A stretch of 64,000 nucleotides of DNA from an uncultured Bacteroidales bacterium (lineage in GTDB: Bacteria > Bacteroidota > Bacteroidia > Bacteroidales > UBA7960): NCBI GenBank assembly GCA_964624065.1, contig CAZUWF010000002.1, positions 68,261-132,260 on the forward strand. The letters run 5' to 3'. Of this stretch, positions 28,816 to 39,120 are shown piece after piece (the first letter of the stretch is position 1; each line of letters starts with the position of its first letter). The notes below the pieces were generated by a model that was not told the DNA's origin, ran no database searches, and worked only from the letters and a program-made list of their open reading frames with translations. A program made the translations under genes and the position numbers.

Positions 28816-28854
28816 TTTTTTTATGAAACCATTTGGTTATTTAAAACTTTGTTG

Positions 28855-28862
28855 TACCTTTG
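28855..28862 (+). promoter_or_regulatory. Candidate -7 box (TACCTTTG) for the tRNA-Glu/rpsT unit
   Basis: Matches TAnnTTTG 18 nt upstream of the tRNA 5' end. Confidence 0.45.
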
Positions 28863-28879
28863 CACTCCATTTTTGAGAA

Positions 28880-28951
28880 GGCCCGTTCGTCTAGGGGTTA
28901 GGACGCAAGGTTTTCATCCTTGTAACAGGGGTTCGAATCCCCTACGGGCTA
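28880..28951 (+). tRNA. tRNA-Glu (anticodon TTC), copy 1
   Basis: GGCCCGTTCGTCTAGGGGTTAGGACGCAAGGTTTTCATCCTTGTAACAGGGGTTCGAATCCCCTACGGGCTA forms a cloverleaf with a T-TTC-A anticodon loop and a GGTTCGAATCC T-arm. Confidence 0.95.
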
Positions 28952-28982
28952 CTTTGTTTCAAATTTAATTTATAAAAGCATT

Positions 28983-29237
28983 ATGGCTAACCACAAGTCA
29001 GCTAAGAAGAGGATCCGCTCAAACGAAGCCAAAAGGCTAAGGAACAGATATCACGCCAAGACCACTCGCAATGCGGTGAAAAGGTTGCGCAACACCACCA
29101 ACAAGGAAGAGGCCATCGAGAAACTTCCCCGAGTGGTTTCGTTGCTCGACAAACTTGCCAAGCGTCGCATTATACACAAAAACAAAGCCTCGAACCTCAA
29201 GTCAGGCTTGATGGTTTTTGTCAGCAAGTTAAAATAG
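28983..29237 (+). CDS. rpsT: 30S ribosomal protein S20
   Basis: [36 protein letters not shown] is a canonical S20 sequence. Confidence 0.95.
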   Translation: MANHKSAKKRIRSNEAKRLRNRYHAKTTRNAVKRLRNTTNKEEAIEKLPRVVSLLDKLAKRRIIHKNKASNLKSGLMVFVSKLK

Positions 29238-29257
29238 TTAACTGGTAAAGCCAAAGC

Positions 29258-29329
29258 GGCCCGTTCGTCTAGGGGTTAGGACGCAAGGTTTTCATCCTTG
29301 TAACAGGGGTTCGAATCCCCTACGGGCTA
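29258..29329 (+). tRNA. tRNA-Glu (anticodon TTC), copy 2 (identical to copy 1)
   Basis: The same 72-nt sequence as 28880-28951. Confidence 0.95.
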
Positions 29330-29331
29330 CC

Positions 29332-29362
29332 AAAGGTCTTTCGCAAGCGAAAGACCTTTTTT
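29332..29362 (+). terminator. Rho-independent terminator after tRNA-Glu copy 2
   Basis: AAAGGTCTTTCGC - AA - GCGAAAGACCTTT followed by TTT. Confidence 0.8.
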
Positions 29363-29364
29363 CG

Positions 29365-29372
29365 TATTTTTG
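29365..29372 (+). promoter_or_regulatory. Candidate -7 box (TATTTTTG) for radC
   Basis: Matches TAnnTTTG 45 nt upstream of ATG 29417. Confidence 0.4.
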
Positions 29373-29416
29373 CACTGAAGGTGTGGCTGTAATCCAGCCA
29401 AATAAATCCAGGCAGC

Positions 29417-30145
29417 ATGGAAAAAAACAAGAACAACATCCACCTAGAAGAGCCAGTCAGCAAGCTTACCCGAATAAAGGATTGGGCCCTCAACGACCGC
29501 CCACGCGAGAAACTGCTAGAAAAGGGACAAACGGCACTCTCCGATGCAGAGTTACTTGCAATAATTCTTGGGTCGGGTTCGGCCAGAGAGTCTGCAGTGG
29601 ACCTGGCCAAAAGAATCCTGGCAAGTGTGGGCAACAATCTTGTGGAACTTTCGCGGCTTGGCATTGCAGAGTTGAAGCGATTCAAGGGGGTAGGGGAGGC
29701 AAAATCTATCAACATTATTGCCTCCTTAGAGCTTGGCCGTCGCCGCCGCCTTAGCCAAACCCTTGAGCGGAAGGTCATAAATTCGAGCCGCGACGTTTTC
29801 GAAATAATGCATCCAATCCTCTCCGACCAAGTGTTTGAAGAGTTTTGGGTTATTACCCTTACTCGTGCAAACAGGGTCAAAAGCACTTTCAGGATAAGCG
29901 AGGGTGGTATTGGCGGAACAATTGCCGACCCCAAGAAGATATTCAAGAGGGCAATTGACGACCACGCTTCGGCCTTGATACTTTGCCACAACCATCCCAG
30001 CGGTAATTGCTTCCCGAGCAATTCAGACAAGGATATTACCAAAAAGTGCATCGACGCCGGACGACTCCTCGATATGCCAATACTCGACCACGTGATAATT
30101 GCACAAGAATCGTTTTTCAGCTTTGCCGACGAAGGATTGATTTAG
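29417..30145 (+). CDS. radC: RadC-family JAB/MPN domain protein (UPF0758)
   Basis: HhH-like N-terminus (LSDAELLAIILGSG) and the JAMM motif HNHPSG...SNSD. Confidence 0.9.
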   Translation: MEKNKNNIHLEEPVSKLTRIKDWALNDRPREKLLEKGQTALSDAELLAIILGSGSARESAVDLAKRILASVGNNLVELSRLGIAELKRFKGVGEAKSINIIASLELGRRRRLSQTLERKVINSSRDVFEIMHPILSDQVFEEFWVITLTRANRVKSTFRISEGGIGGTIADPKKIFKRAIDDHASALILCHNHPSGNCFPSNSDKDITKKCIDAGRLLDMPILDHVIIAQESFFSFADEGLI

Positions 30146-30556
30146 GTTCGCAGATTTCAAATTACCCATTGGAGGGGTGGCGCATTTGAACCTTGATGCT
30201 TAAGTGTCCAAATAAACCACGCGCAAAATCAAATCTATTTACCTTGGAATTTAAAAAGTAAAATACTGCAACCACCATACTTGCAATACTTTGACAATAT
30301 TAATTCTGATACCCTTATTTGCTGAAGTGTTTGTTATTGGAAGCCAGGGGATGATTGTTTTGAAAATATTTTGCACATTTCGGACAAGAAGGCTAAGAGG
30401 TTTGTTTGGCAAAGTGTTCGATTTGCAAATTTTTGAAAAATCTAAATCGGAGAGCTCATTGATAATTATAACCGGTGGGGAAACAATAAAGAGTCAAATA
30501 TTTCGGATTTAAAATATTTTTTGCCCATCTTTTTCGTTTGAAAGCAAAAAGTAATC

Positions 30557-32428
30557 ATGGTAAAAGATTTTTGTAAAATCCTGTTTATAGTAGCTATTGC
30601 AGGCCACTTTGCCGCATTTGGCCAGGGTTCCTCGAGGTCAAAGGAGAATGCCACAAGGGCTTTTGAGTACCTCAATGGGATCATTGACGACCATAAGCTT
30701 TGGGTAAGCGAGGGCGATACGTTGCGATTGTCCATACAGCGATTGGCAAATCACTTTAGCGAACCATTCGACAGCGTAAGGGTGCGGCTGGAAAAATTAG
30801 ATCTTAGCACGGTCAAGGTCGGGTCAAAGTCAATTATTCGTTCTGACACCATACCTGTAAGGTGGCTTGACAAAACCAATTTCATAGTTGATACCTTCAA
30901 TTTGGAAAAAAATCCCATAGTTACTCGCAAAACTTTGGTTACACGAGTGCTTGATACAGGGACTGCCTTAACACCTGAAAAATTATTGCAGGACAAGGAC
31001 TTGCTAGAAAGGACTTTCAAGGTTGTCGACACCATTGTTGAATCGGTCATTGACAGGCGTTACCTTGACTCTCGCAAAATCACCCTCCATACCCACGAAA
31101 ATGGCAAGGTATTTCCCCCGTTGCTACCCGTTGGCAGCAACAAAACCTACCGCCTAACTCCAGATTTGAAAAAGATTGTTGTTTCTGCTTACTCCGAGGC
31201 CTTTTATCCCCTTGACCAATCACCATTTAGGCTGTTTAGGAATGTGGGGCAACCGCGGGAAATTTCCGATGCCATAGAGGTCCTTTTGAAGCATACTCAA
31301 GAGCGCGACAGCATTTTGGTTCACATAAGCGACACCCGGGGTGGTAGGTTGCCCGTGTGGCTCACCAACGGAAGCGATCGGTTTCAAAGGTACTGGGTCA
31401 AGAACTCCAAGAGCGACTCCATAAGCGTATGGATTGGCAATCCCTCCTTGCGCGACGTTGTAATGATTCTCGAGGACGAGGTTTTCATTGTCCGGGTTGC
31501 GGTGAGGCACGACGAGAATTTTCAACTGCTATCATCACCTCCCCAAAGAAGCCTGGCAAGGGTTGCGCCCCTGAGGGATCCACCAAAACTATGGACAAGC
31601 GGATTTGTGGGGTCATTGACACTCAACCAGAACTACCTTTCAAATTGGGCAAGAGGAGGTACTAGCTCCGTCTCCGGGTTGGCTGACTTGCTGCTAAGGG
31701 CAAGGTATAACAATACCGAGAACAAAACCAACTGGGAGAACAGCGCCCAGTTGCGCTTCGGCACCATTAGAACAAAGGAAAACGACAGGGTATTGCTTAG
31801 AACAAGCACCGATATTTTGGAGGTAAACTCGAAATTCAACAAGCAGCTATCGGGCAAGGTTGATTTTAGTACCTTAATGTACTTCAGAACCCAGGTGGCA
31901 AAAAACTTCAAGCAGCCAAACAACGAGCAATTGGTCTCCAAATTTCTGAATCCAGGCACTTTTACAGTAGGTATGGGTTTTGAGTACAAGCCCTTAAAGG
32001 GGTCAAGTATTAACTTTTCGTTGCTGTCATACCGAAACACCTTCGTTCTAGACACACTTACCATCAATCAGACCGCATTTGGCATAGACAAGGACAGAAG
32101 GTCAAGGCAAGAAATGGGAGGGCAATTACTTGTGAGAAATGCAGTAGATGTAACCCAAGACCTCAAGGTAAATAACTCGCTGCGTTTTTTTTCAAATTAC
32201 CTTGTCAATCCCTTAAAAGTTGACGTTAACTGGGAACTCGGTATTACGCAACGAATAAGCTGGTTTTTTTCCGTAAGGTTCAATTTCCACATGATATACG
32301 ACGAGAAAGTTCTCTTTCCGGTATTTGATAACGGGCAACCAGTTTTGTTGCCGGATGGTACCCAGAAAAGAGAGCCCAAAGCTCAAATCAATCAGTTGGT
32401 GGGGATAACCTTGTCGCTATCCCTTTAG
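30557..32428 (+). CDS. DUF3078-like outer-membrane beta-barrel protein with a long N-terminal extension
   Basis: Signal peptide present. The C-terminal half has the LSNWARGG motif that I associate with DUF3078, and alternating beta-strand patterning. The N-terminal ~340 aa are unassigned. Confidence 0.65.
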   Translation: MVKDFCKILFIVAIAGHFAAFGQGSSRSKENATRAFEYLNGIIDDHKLWVSEGDTLRLSIQRLANHFSEPFDSVRVRLEKLDLSTVKVGSKSIIRSDTIPVRWLDKTNFIVDTFNLEKNPIVTRKTLVTRVLDTGTALTPEKLLQDKDLLERTFKVVDTIVESVIDRRYLDSRKITLHTHENGKVFPPLLPVGSNKTYRLTPDLKKIVVSAYSEAFYPLDQSPFRLFRNVGQPREISDAIEVLLKHTQERDSILVHISDTRGGRLPVWLTNGSDRFQRYWVKNSKSDSISVWIGNPSLRDVVMILEDEVFIVRVAVRHDENFQLLSSPPQRSLARVAPLRDPPKLWTSGFVGSLTLNQNYLSNWARGGTSSVSGLADLLLRARYNNTENKTNWENSAQLRFGTIRTKENDRVLLRTSTDILEVNSKFNKQLSGKVDFSTLMYFRTQVAKNFKQPNNEQLVSKFLNPGTFTVGMGFEYKPLKGSSINFSLLSYRNTFVLDTLTINQTAFGIDKDRRSRQEMGGQLLVRNAVDVTQDLKVNNSLRFFSNYLVNPLKVDVNWELGITQRISWFFSVRFNFHMIYDEKVLFPVFDNGQPVLLPDGTQKREPKAQINQLVGITLSLSL

Positions 32429-32439
32429 GGATCATTCCG

Positions 32440-33591
32440 TTATGGCGGGTTGCCAATAGTTGTTCCAACCAGTCTTTTCAGCCTCTCCGCAAAAAGTTGA
32501 ATTTCAGAGTCTTTTGGGCTTTTCACCAAAGCCTTTTCAATCCAATGAAGGGCTTGTTTGTAGTTGGAGATAGCACTTTCCCTTACGGATTGAAATTGCG
32601 CAATATTGGCAATGACCCTTGCCCGCTCATCAAATTCAACGCCTATGTTGTAGTAGCACGTTGCAATGTTGGCTAAAGGGTTTGAATTGTTTGGAAACTT
32701 ACCTGTCAATTCTGTGAATATTTCTATGGCTTTTTGGTATTGCGATGAATTTTTGAAAACCAAACCTTTGGCATTCAAAAGATCGAAAGAAACCGAATCT
32801 TGCCTTGCGATAGCTCCTTCAATGGCTTCTATTGCCTGCGCCGGATTATTCCTTCCCAAGTGGTAATCGGCCAACACCAACACCAGCCTTTCACTTTTGG
32901 GAAATACCTCGATGCTCCTTTCCAACACTTGCTTGGCTCCCAGGGAATCGCCCTTGCTCAGCATTCCTAAAAAAAGTAGGTGCGATACATTATCGGAATG
33001 CCTCATACCCTCCAACCTCCTGAGGTGTACAATTGCCATGTCGAAGCTCCTATTTTCAAAGGCGGCAACGGCAGCATTGTAAAGAAGGTTGGTGTCGAGC
33101 GGAACGGCCGGCAGCTTACTTTCGGTAATATTCAAGGCAAGATCGAATGCCCTTGAAGATGTTTGGAAGTTTCGTTGGGTAAAGGTCGTGGTACCCATTC
33201 GCTGCAAGTCATTTACCAATCTTGTATATTGTGCCCTGATTTTTTTTATTAACCCTCCTCCTTTCCCAAATTTGGTGGCCATTTCGTATGATTGGTGTGC
33301 CAAGAAAAGTTGGTCGGGATATAGTTCTTGCAACGCTCGCTCGCTCTTTTTTACTCCTTCTTGATGTGCAGATTGGCAAAGTAGCCCCTTGTAATACCAT
33401 GTTTCTGGCCACTTTGACGACCTTTTTCCAATTACCAAATCGTCAATTATTCCCTTTGCTTCATTGTACTTATGGTTGGTTATAAGGTGATTAACAGTGA
33501 TGAACTTGCTCTTCTGCAATGGCGTTAAAATGGAACATCCAGACAAGAATACAATCACTCCAAAAAGGACAAGGAACCGCATGATTCGCAT
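32440..33591 (-). CDS. Tetratricopeptide-repeat lipoprotein
   Basis: Lipobox LSGCS, and repeated TPR-like A/Y/L spacing throughout. Confidence 0.7.
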   Translation of the reverse strand: MRIMRFLVLFGVIVFLSGCSILTPLQKSKFITVNHLITNHKYNEAKGIIDDLVIGKRSSKWPETWYYKGLLCQSAHQEGVKKSERALQELYPDQLFLAHQSYEMATKFGKGGGLIKKIRAQYTRLVNDLQRMGTTTFTQRNFQTSSRAFDLALNITESKLPAVPLDTNLLYNAAVAAFENRSFDMAIVHLRRLEGMRHSDNVSHLLFLGMLSKGDSLGAKQVLERSIEVFPKSERLVLVLADYHLGRNNPAQAIEAIEGAIARQDSVSFDLLNAKGLVFKNSSQYQKAIEIFTELTGKFPNNSNPLANIATCYYNIGVEFDERARVIANIAQFQSVRESAISNYKQALHWIEKALVKSPKDSEIQLFAERLKRLVGTTIGNPP

Positions 33592-33670
33592 TTTTAAAAA
33601 ACTTACAATTAACCTAACGTGATAGTCAAAGAAAAATTGGAAAATGGCTTTATCGAATTACCAGTTTTTG

Positions 33671-33678
33671 TAGTTTTG
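33671..33678 (+). promoter_or_regulatory. Candidate -7 box (TAGTTTTG) for the YjbR-like gene
   Basis: Matches TAnnTTTG 59 nt upstream of ATG 33737. Confidence 0.35.
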
Positions 33679-33736
33679 CCCAAGAACTAAAGAAGCCATT
33701 TTTACCACTCAGCACCCCACACAAAAACCGCTCATT

Positions 33737-34087
33737 ATGCACATTGAAACTTTTCGCGAATATTGCTTGGCGAAAAAGGGGGTTACCGAATGCTTTCCCT
33801 TTGACAATAAGACCCTTGTTTTCAAAATTATAGACAAGGTTTTTGCCCTTGCAGATGTTGAAGAGTTTGTATTGGTAAACCTAAAATGCGACCCCGAATT
33901 GGCCATTGAACTTCGCGAAAAATATTCGGGAATAACGGGTGGCTACCACATGAACAAAAAACATTGGAATTCCGTGGAAGTAAACGGCCCTGTGCCAGAC
34001 AAGCTGTTTTTTGAATTAATTGACCACTCCTACAATCTGGTTGCAGCAAAACTTTCAACAAAAAGTAAGAAACTCCTTTCCTGCTAA
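33737..34087 (+). CDS. MmcQ/YjbR family protein
   Basis: 116 aa. FREYCLAKKGVTECFPFD...LVFKI..KVFAL...HMNKKHWNSV is the typical YjbR pattern. Confidence 0.75.
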   Translation: MHIETFREYCLAKKGVTECFPFDNKTLVFKIIDKVFALADVEEFVLVNLKCDPELAIELREKYSGITGGYHMNKKHWNSVEVNGPVPDKLFFELIDHSYNLVAAKLSTKSKKLLSC

Positions 34088-34097
34088 TTTTTTTTCA

Positions 34098-34105
34098 TAC
34101 CTTTG
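34098..34105 (+). promoter_or_regulatory. Candidate -7 box (TACCTTTG) for the acyl-CoA ligase gene
   Basis: Matches TAnnTTTG 50 nt upstream of ATG 34155. Confidence 0.45.
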
Positions 34106-34154
34106 AAATCCATCAAACTTCTGTAATAAGGAAACATCATTTTAACCAAAACCA

Positions 34155-35927
34155 ATGGAAGTAACTCGACTTTTTGACATTGTCGAAAGATATTCGCATT
34201 TGTGCCCCGGCAAGGCAGATGCCCTTGCAGGCAGGCAAGAAAACGGTCAGTGGATCAAGTTTTCAACCGAACAATTCAAAACCAACTGCAATTATGTAAG
34301 TTACGGGTTGTTGAAGCTGGGTGTGAAAAAGGGATTCAAGATTGCCAGCATCACTTTTAACAGACCTGAATGGAATTTCCTTGATGTAGGCGCTCTTCAG
34401 ATTGGCGCCGTACATGTACCGATTTATCCAACCATAAGCGATTCTGACTACCAATATATTCTCGAACACGCAGAGGTTTCCTACATCTTCGTGGCAGGAA
34501 GGGAAATGCTTGATAGAATAAAGAAAGTATCGGCAAACATTCCGGGCATAAAGGCCATTTACTCATTTCAGAAGGCAGAAGGTTACTTGTGCCTTGACGA
34601 TCTCATAGATTTGGGTAGGTGTAATGAGAAACCCGAAAATTTAACTTCAATCAAGGATTCCATTAAACCCGATGATCTCGCAACCATTATTTACACGTCC
34701 GGTACCACTGGCACCCCAAAAGGGGTGATGCTTTCGCATGGCAACATAATAAGCAACGTACTTGCAGTTAGAGACATCCCACCATACGGGCCCGAGCACA
34801 GAGCATTGAGCTTCTTGCCCATTTGCCATATTTACGAGCGAATGCTCAACTATATGTTTCAGTACAAGGGGATCAGTATGTACTATTTAAGCAATATGGC
34901 CTTGATTGGCGACAGCTTGAAGGAAGTTAACCCGCACGTTTTTACCACGGTACCCCGCCTGCTTGAAAAGGTTTACGACAAGATATTGGCAAAGGGAAGA
35001 GCCCTAAAAGGTGTTAGGAAAAATATTTTCTTTTGGGCAAATAACATTGGATTGGCATACGAGCACGGGAAGACCTCAAAGAACCCCCTTTATTGGTTGC
35101 AACTTAAAATTGCCCGTATCGTTGTTTTTGGCAAGTGGAAGAAGGCATTGGGAAATAACCTCGACATTGTAGTTTCGGGTGGGGCAGCATTGCAACCAAG
35201 ATTGTCGAGGGTTTTTTGGGCCGTTGGCCTCAGGGTTTTGGAAGGTTACGGCCTAACCGAAACCTCGCCTGTAATAGCGGTTGAAAACTTCGATCAAAAC
35301 GGGCTCAAGTTCGGAACCGTTGGCCCGCCACTCAAGAACATCGAAGTTAAGATTGCCGAAGATGGTGAGATTCTTGTAAAAGGGCCTAGCGTGATGCTTG
35401 GATACTACAAGGAGCCAGACCTAACCGCCAAGGTTATTGACCCGAACGGTTGGTTTCACACTGGCGATATTGGCCGGTTCGAACCTCAGGGTCAATTAAA
35501 GATTACTGATCGCAAGAAGATGATTTTCAAAACCTCCTTCGGAAAGTACATTGCACCGCAAGTTATTGAGAATAAATTTAAAGAATCGCCCTTCATTGAC
35601 CAATTGATGGTTTTGGGCGAAAACCAGAGATTTGCTGCAGCCTTGATCGTTCCCGATTTTGCTCATCTAAAATCTTGGTGTCAAGCCAAGGGGATAGAAT
35701 ACACAACCAATGCCGAGATGCTTTTATTGCCCCGCATAAAAAAAAGGTTCGAAAAAGAAGTTAATCATTTTAACCAGTTCCTTGGCGATTACGAGAAAAT
35801 AGTTAGGTTTGAGCTAATTGACCACGAGTGGACTATAGAGGGCAAACAGCTAAGCGCCACACTTAAGGTAAGGCGTACACATAATGGTCAAGTTTATGCC
35901 CATCAAATTGACAAGTTGTTTGGGTAG
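34155..35927 (+). CDS. Long-chain fatty acid-CoA ligase (AMP-dependent synthetase)
   Basis: IIYTSGTTGTPKGVMLSH AMP-binding motif, EGYGLTETSP and GWFHTGDIG. Confidence 0.88.
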   Translation: MEVTRLFDIVERYSHLCPGKADALAGRQENGQWIKFSTEQFKTNCNYVSYGLLKLGVKKGFKIASITFNRPEWNFLDVGALQIGAVHVPIYPTISDSDYQYILEHAEVSYIFVAGREMLDRIKKVSANIPGIKAIYSFQKAEGYLCLDDLIDLGRCNEKPENLTSIKDSIKPDDLATIIYTSGTTGTPKGVMLSHGNIISNVLAVRDIPPYGPEHRALSFLPICHIYERMLNYMFQYKGISMYYLSNMALIGDSLKEVNPHVFTTVPRLLEKVYDKILAKGRALKGVRKNIFFWANNIGLAYEHGKTSKNPLYWLQLKIARIVVFGKWKKALGNNLDIVVSGGAALQPRLSRVFWAVGLRVLEGYGLTETSPVIAVENFDQNGLKFGTVGPPLKNIEVKIAEDGEILVKGPSVMLGYYKEPDLTAKVIDPNGWFHTGDIGRFEPQGQLKITDRKKMIFKTSFGKYIAPQVIENKFKESPFIDQLMVLGENQRFAAALIVPDFAHLKSWCQAKGIEYTTNAEMLLLPRIKKRFEKEVNHFNQFLGDYEKIVRFELIDHEWTIEGKQLSATLKVRRTHNGQVYAHQIDKLFG

Positions 35928-36061
35928 TGAAGAAGTTCCTTGATTTTCAAAATTGGTGATGATATTTGGCAGAAGGAGAGGTAACCCGACAATCTTTGGT
36001 AGTTATTCACCTTCTTGCTTTTCACACCATTCACTTTTCCGAGACCCAAAGCCGTGGTTCT

Positions 36062-36808
36062 CTATTTGGTCATTCCGCCGCAAACGGCAATTACCTGACC
36101 TGTTACGTATGCCGAAAGGTCAGAACCAAGAAAAACGCAGATGTTGGCAACATCGAGGGGGCTACCGGCACGGCGGAGAGGAATCCTCTCGGCCCAGCCT
36201 TTTTTAACTTCTTCGGGAAGGGAGGCGGTCATGTCAGTTTCGATGAATCCTGGAGCAATTGCGTTGCAACGGATGTTACGCGGCCCCAATTCTTGCGCAA
36301 TTGACTTGGTAAAACCAATCATACCAGCCTTGGAAGCAGAATAGTTTGATTGGCCAGCATTTCCGCCAAGTCCAACCACGGAGCTCATATTGATAATGCT
36401 TCCGGCACGCTGCTTCAGCATAAATTTTTGTACCGCCTTGGTTAGATTGAAAACCGATTTGAGATTTACTTGAATAACCAAGTCCCATTGTTCTTCGGTC
36501 ATACGCATAAGAAGCGTGTCGCGGGTAATGCCGGCATTGTTTACCAGGATGTCAATCCTACCAAATTCCGCCGCAACTTTATCTGCCAATTCTTCGCTAG
36601 CTGCCAATTTGCTTGCATCACTGGCATATCCCTTTGCCTTAACCCCAAATGATTCAAGTTCTTTTTCCAGCGCAGCTGCATTAACGTCGTAAGTAAGGTC
36701 AGAAAATGCCACATTGGCACCTTGTTTTGCAAACTCAACCGCAATGGCCTTGCCAATTCCTCGTGCACCACCAGTAATTAGTGCAACTTTTCCTTCAAGT
36801 AGTGTCAT
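36062..36808 (-). CDS. fabG: 3-oxoacyl-[acyl-carrier-protein] reductase
   Basis: LEGKVALITGGARGIGKAIA, NNAGI and YSASKAG. The length and C-terminus (GGMTK) are FabG-like. The ATG is at 36808; the track TTG at 36817 is rejected. Confidence 0.88.
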   Translation of the reverse strand: MTLLEGKVALITGGARGIGKAIAVEFAKQGANVAFSDLTYDVNAAALEKELESFGVKAKGYASDASKLAASEELADKVAAEFGRIDILVNNAGITRDTLLMRMTEEQWDLVIQVNLKSVFNLTKAVQKFMLKQRAGSIINMSSVVGLGGNAGQSNYSASKAGMIGFTKSIAQELGPRNIRCNAIAPGFIETDMTASLPEEVKKGWAERIPLRRAGSPLDVANICVFLGSDLSAYVTGQVIAVCGGMTK

Positions 36809-36828
36809 AATTTTCAAATTTTATTCCG

Positions 36829-36836
36829 CAAAAGTA
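36829..36836 (-). promoter_or_regulatory. Candidate -7 box (TACTTTTG) for fabG
   Basis: The reverse strand matches TAnnTTTG 21 nt upstream of ATG 36808. Confidence 0.4.
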
Positions 36837-36980
36837 GGTTTTTTAGTTAAACAAAAGGTCAAATAATTGCCAGGTGAGTATTTACATAAGGTGAGGGGTG
36901 GTGGTTTTATAGTTATAATCTTAAAACTTTAATCCTAATTTCTTATTAATCACCAATCATCACTAACTCATTACTAGTTG

Positions 36981-38015
36981 TTAATCAACGGATTCCATCT
37001 CGGGCGAGTATTCTCTCATCAAAGCTTCGACTTTCTCAACCATTTTTTTGGGGCCAACCATTATTGGAGCCCTTTGGTGGAGTGTTGTTGGCTGTAGCTC
37101 CAAAATGCGGTTGAAGCCATCGCTTGCCTTGCCTCCTGCTTGCTCGGCCAGGAAAGCCATTGGGTTGCACTCGTAAAGGAGTCGAAGCTTTCCGCGCGGT
37201 GTTTTCTTGGTGCCAGGATAAAGAAATATTCCTCCCCTAATTAAGTTGCGATGAAAATCTGCCACCATAGAGCCAATGTACCTCGAAGTGTAAGGACGGT
37301 TGGTTTCTTTGTCCTCCTCCTGCACGTATTTGATATATTTTTTTATCCCTTCGGGAAAGAAAACGTAATTGCCTTCATTTATGGAGTAGATACTTGCCTT
37401 GCAGGGGTAACGCATATTTGGATGTGACAGGCAGAAAATTCCCACCGATGGATCCAAGGTGAAACCATTCACCCCTTTTCCGGTGGTGTAAACGAGCATA
37501 GTTGACGAGCCGTAAATAACGTAACCCGCAGCCACTTGGTTTACTCCAGGTTGAAGGAGGTCATTTTCAGTAACCCTTCCAACCTCACTTAGGCGATGGT
37601 AAATTGAAAATATTGTGCCAATTGAAACGTTGGCCTCGATGTTGCTGCTTCCATCCAAGGGGTCAATTGCTATAACGTACTTGCCCAATTCGGAGAAGTC
37701 ATCATTGAAGGAGATTACATTTTCGTTTTCTTCCGAAGCAATTGCGCAGCATTCGCCGCCGCCTTTAAGCATTGTTATGAACATATCATTGGCAAACACA
37801 TCAAGCTTTTTTTGTGCCTCTCCCTGAATATTGGTTGAGCCCACCGCGCCCAGAATGTCAACAAGCCCGGCGGCGTTTATCTCCCTATTAACAATCTTGG
37901 CGGCCGTGGCAATGTCGTTCATGAGCCGTGTTAGGTTACCTTTGGCGTGTGGGTACTCTGCTTGCCTTTCTATCACGAACTCCGTTAGGGTTTTTATTTT
38001 GTAACGTGCTTGCAT
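36981..38015 (-). CDS. fbp: Fructose-1,6-bisphosphatase class 1
   Basis: 344 aa. [15 protein letters not shown] and [15 protein letters not shown] are class I FBPase signatures. Confidence 0.95.
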   Translation of the reverse strand: MQARYKIKTLTEFVIERQAEYPHAKGNLTRLMNDIATAAKIVNREINAAGLVDILGAVGSTNIQGEAQKKLDVFANDMFITMLKGGGECCAIASEENENVISFNDDFSELGKYVIAIDPLDGSSNIEANVSIGTIFSIYHRLSEVGRVTENDLLQPGVNQVAAGYVIYGSSTMLVYTTGKGVNGFTLDPSVGIFCLSHPNMRYPCKASIYSINEGNYVFFPEGIKKYIKYVQEEDKETNRPYTSRYIGSMVADFHRNLIRGGIFLYPGTKKTPRGKLRLLYECNPMAFLAEQAGGKASDGFNRILELQPTTLHQRAPIMVGPKKMVEKVEALMREYSPEMESVD

Positions 38016-38053
38016 AATGTTGGGCCTGAAGGTTGGATAAGAGACTGGAATTT

Positions 38054-39034
38054 TTAAGCCAATTGCTTGGCGAGGTTAATTTCTTTGGGCGATATTATTC
38101 TTTTTGTTAATCTGAATGCCAGGTTATCAATGTCATTAAATCTTGCAATCTGGTTAAGCCACTTTTCCGGAATACTATCAAATCCATGAACCAACGCCGC
38201 CAACCCCCCTGTAACCGCACCTGTGGTGTCGGTATCTTGGCCAAGGTTAACGGCCTTTAGCACTGCTTCTTCAAAACCATTTGTTGTGAGTAGGCACCAA
38301 ACGCAGGCTTCAAGTGTGTCGATCACGAATCCACTGCTGTTTATCCTTTCTCGCTCCATCAAGCAAATATCTTGATAAAGCAAACGATAGTACATTTCAA
38401 CCTCTTCCTTTGGAGTTTCAATTTGTGCCAAGAAGTCAGGCACGATCGTCTTTAAATTTTGGTAAGCTGCAAACTTATTTGTTCCGTTGATTATTTCGCG
38501 GGCAAGTTCTAAATAGTAAAAACAGGCAATTGTTGAACGTATGTGTCCGTGTGTAATTGATCCAACTTTCATTGTTACCTCAAATCTTTTTCCGATTGGC
38601 AAATCTTTTTTGTGGAAAACCAGTGGCAGAATGCGCATCAACGACCCATTTCCGTTAGAGTTTTCATCTGTCCGGCCGGCAAGATCGGGCTGAACTCCCC
38701 TTTTTAGCATCTCGATGGCGTGAAGGGTTCCATTGCCAACGTCAAAAACACAACCCGTGGCAGTCCAGAGGTTGTTGGTGTACCAGTTGAGAATATTTTT
38801 TGATATCTCCTTTAAATCAAGGCCAATGGTAAGTGCTTCGGCCAAGCAGAAGGTTAGCGAGGCATCGTCGGACCAAGTTCCAGGTGGTTGGTCAAAGGTG
38901 CCGTATCCCACCATATCTTTAACAGGCTCCAGATCAAGTGTTTCCCTACTCTTGAATTCAACAGGTACGCCCAAGGCATCGCCAACGGCCACCCCAAAGA
39001 GAGCTGCCTTTACTTTTAATTCGAGGTCAACCAT
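38054..39034 (-). CDS. ADP-ribosylglycohydrolase family protein
   Basis: N-terminal [14 protein letters not shown] and C-terminal [17 protein letters not shown] are ARH metal-binding motifs. Confidence 0.85.
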   Translation of the reverse strand: MVDLELKVKAALFGVAVGDALGVPVEFKSRETLDLEPVKDMVGYGTFDQPPGTWSDDASLTFCLAEALTIGLDLKEISKNILNWYTNNLWTATGCVFDVGNGTLHAIEMLKRGVQPDLAGRTDENSNGNGSLMRILPLVFHKKDLPIGKRFEVTMKVGSITHGHIRSTIACFYYLELAREIINGTNKFAAYQNLKTIVPDFLAQIETPKEEVEMYYRLLYQDICLMERERINSSGFVIDTLEACVWCLLTTNGFEEAVLKAVNLGQDTDTTGAVTGGLAALVHGFDSIPEKWLNQIARFNDIDNLAFRLTKRIISPKEINLAKQLA

Positions 39035-39120
39035 AATAAAGATGTTTCGATTTCATTCGCAGTAAGAACTTAATACTCGAAATTTTAGAAAAAAATGGGC
39101 AAATGAAAACGTAAAGATAA

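Noticed and set aside
29320-30051. 243-aa ORF on the minus strand opposite radC. Similar long antisense ORFs lie at 46058-46588, 47472-48044, 48573-49058, 9111-9623 and 10999-11442.
   Set aside because: Each lies entirely antisense to a gene with clear family motifs. Their translations are low-complexity (Ser/Arg/Pro/Leu-rich) with no motifs. They are shadow ORFs typical of the frame opposite a real CDS.
30291-30512. 73-aa ORF (TTG start) in the radC/DUF3078 intergenic region.
   Set aside because: It has an alternative start codon, no promoter box, no recognisable motif, and its composition looks like random AT-rich sequence.
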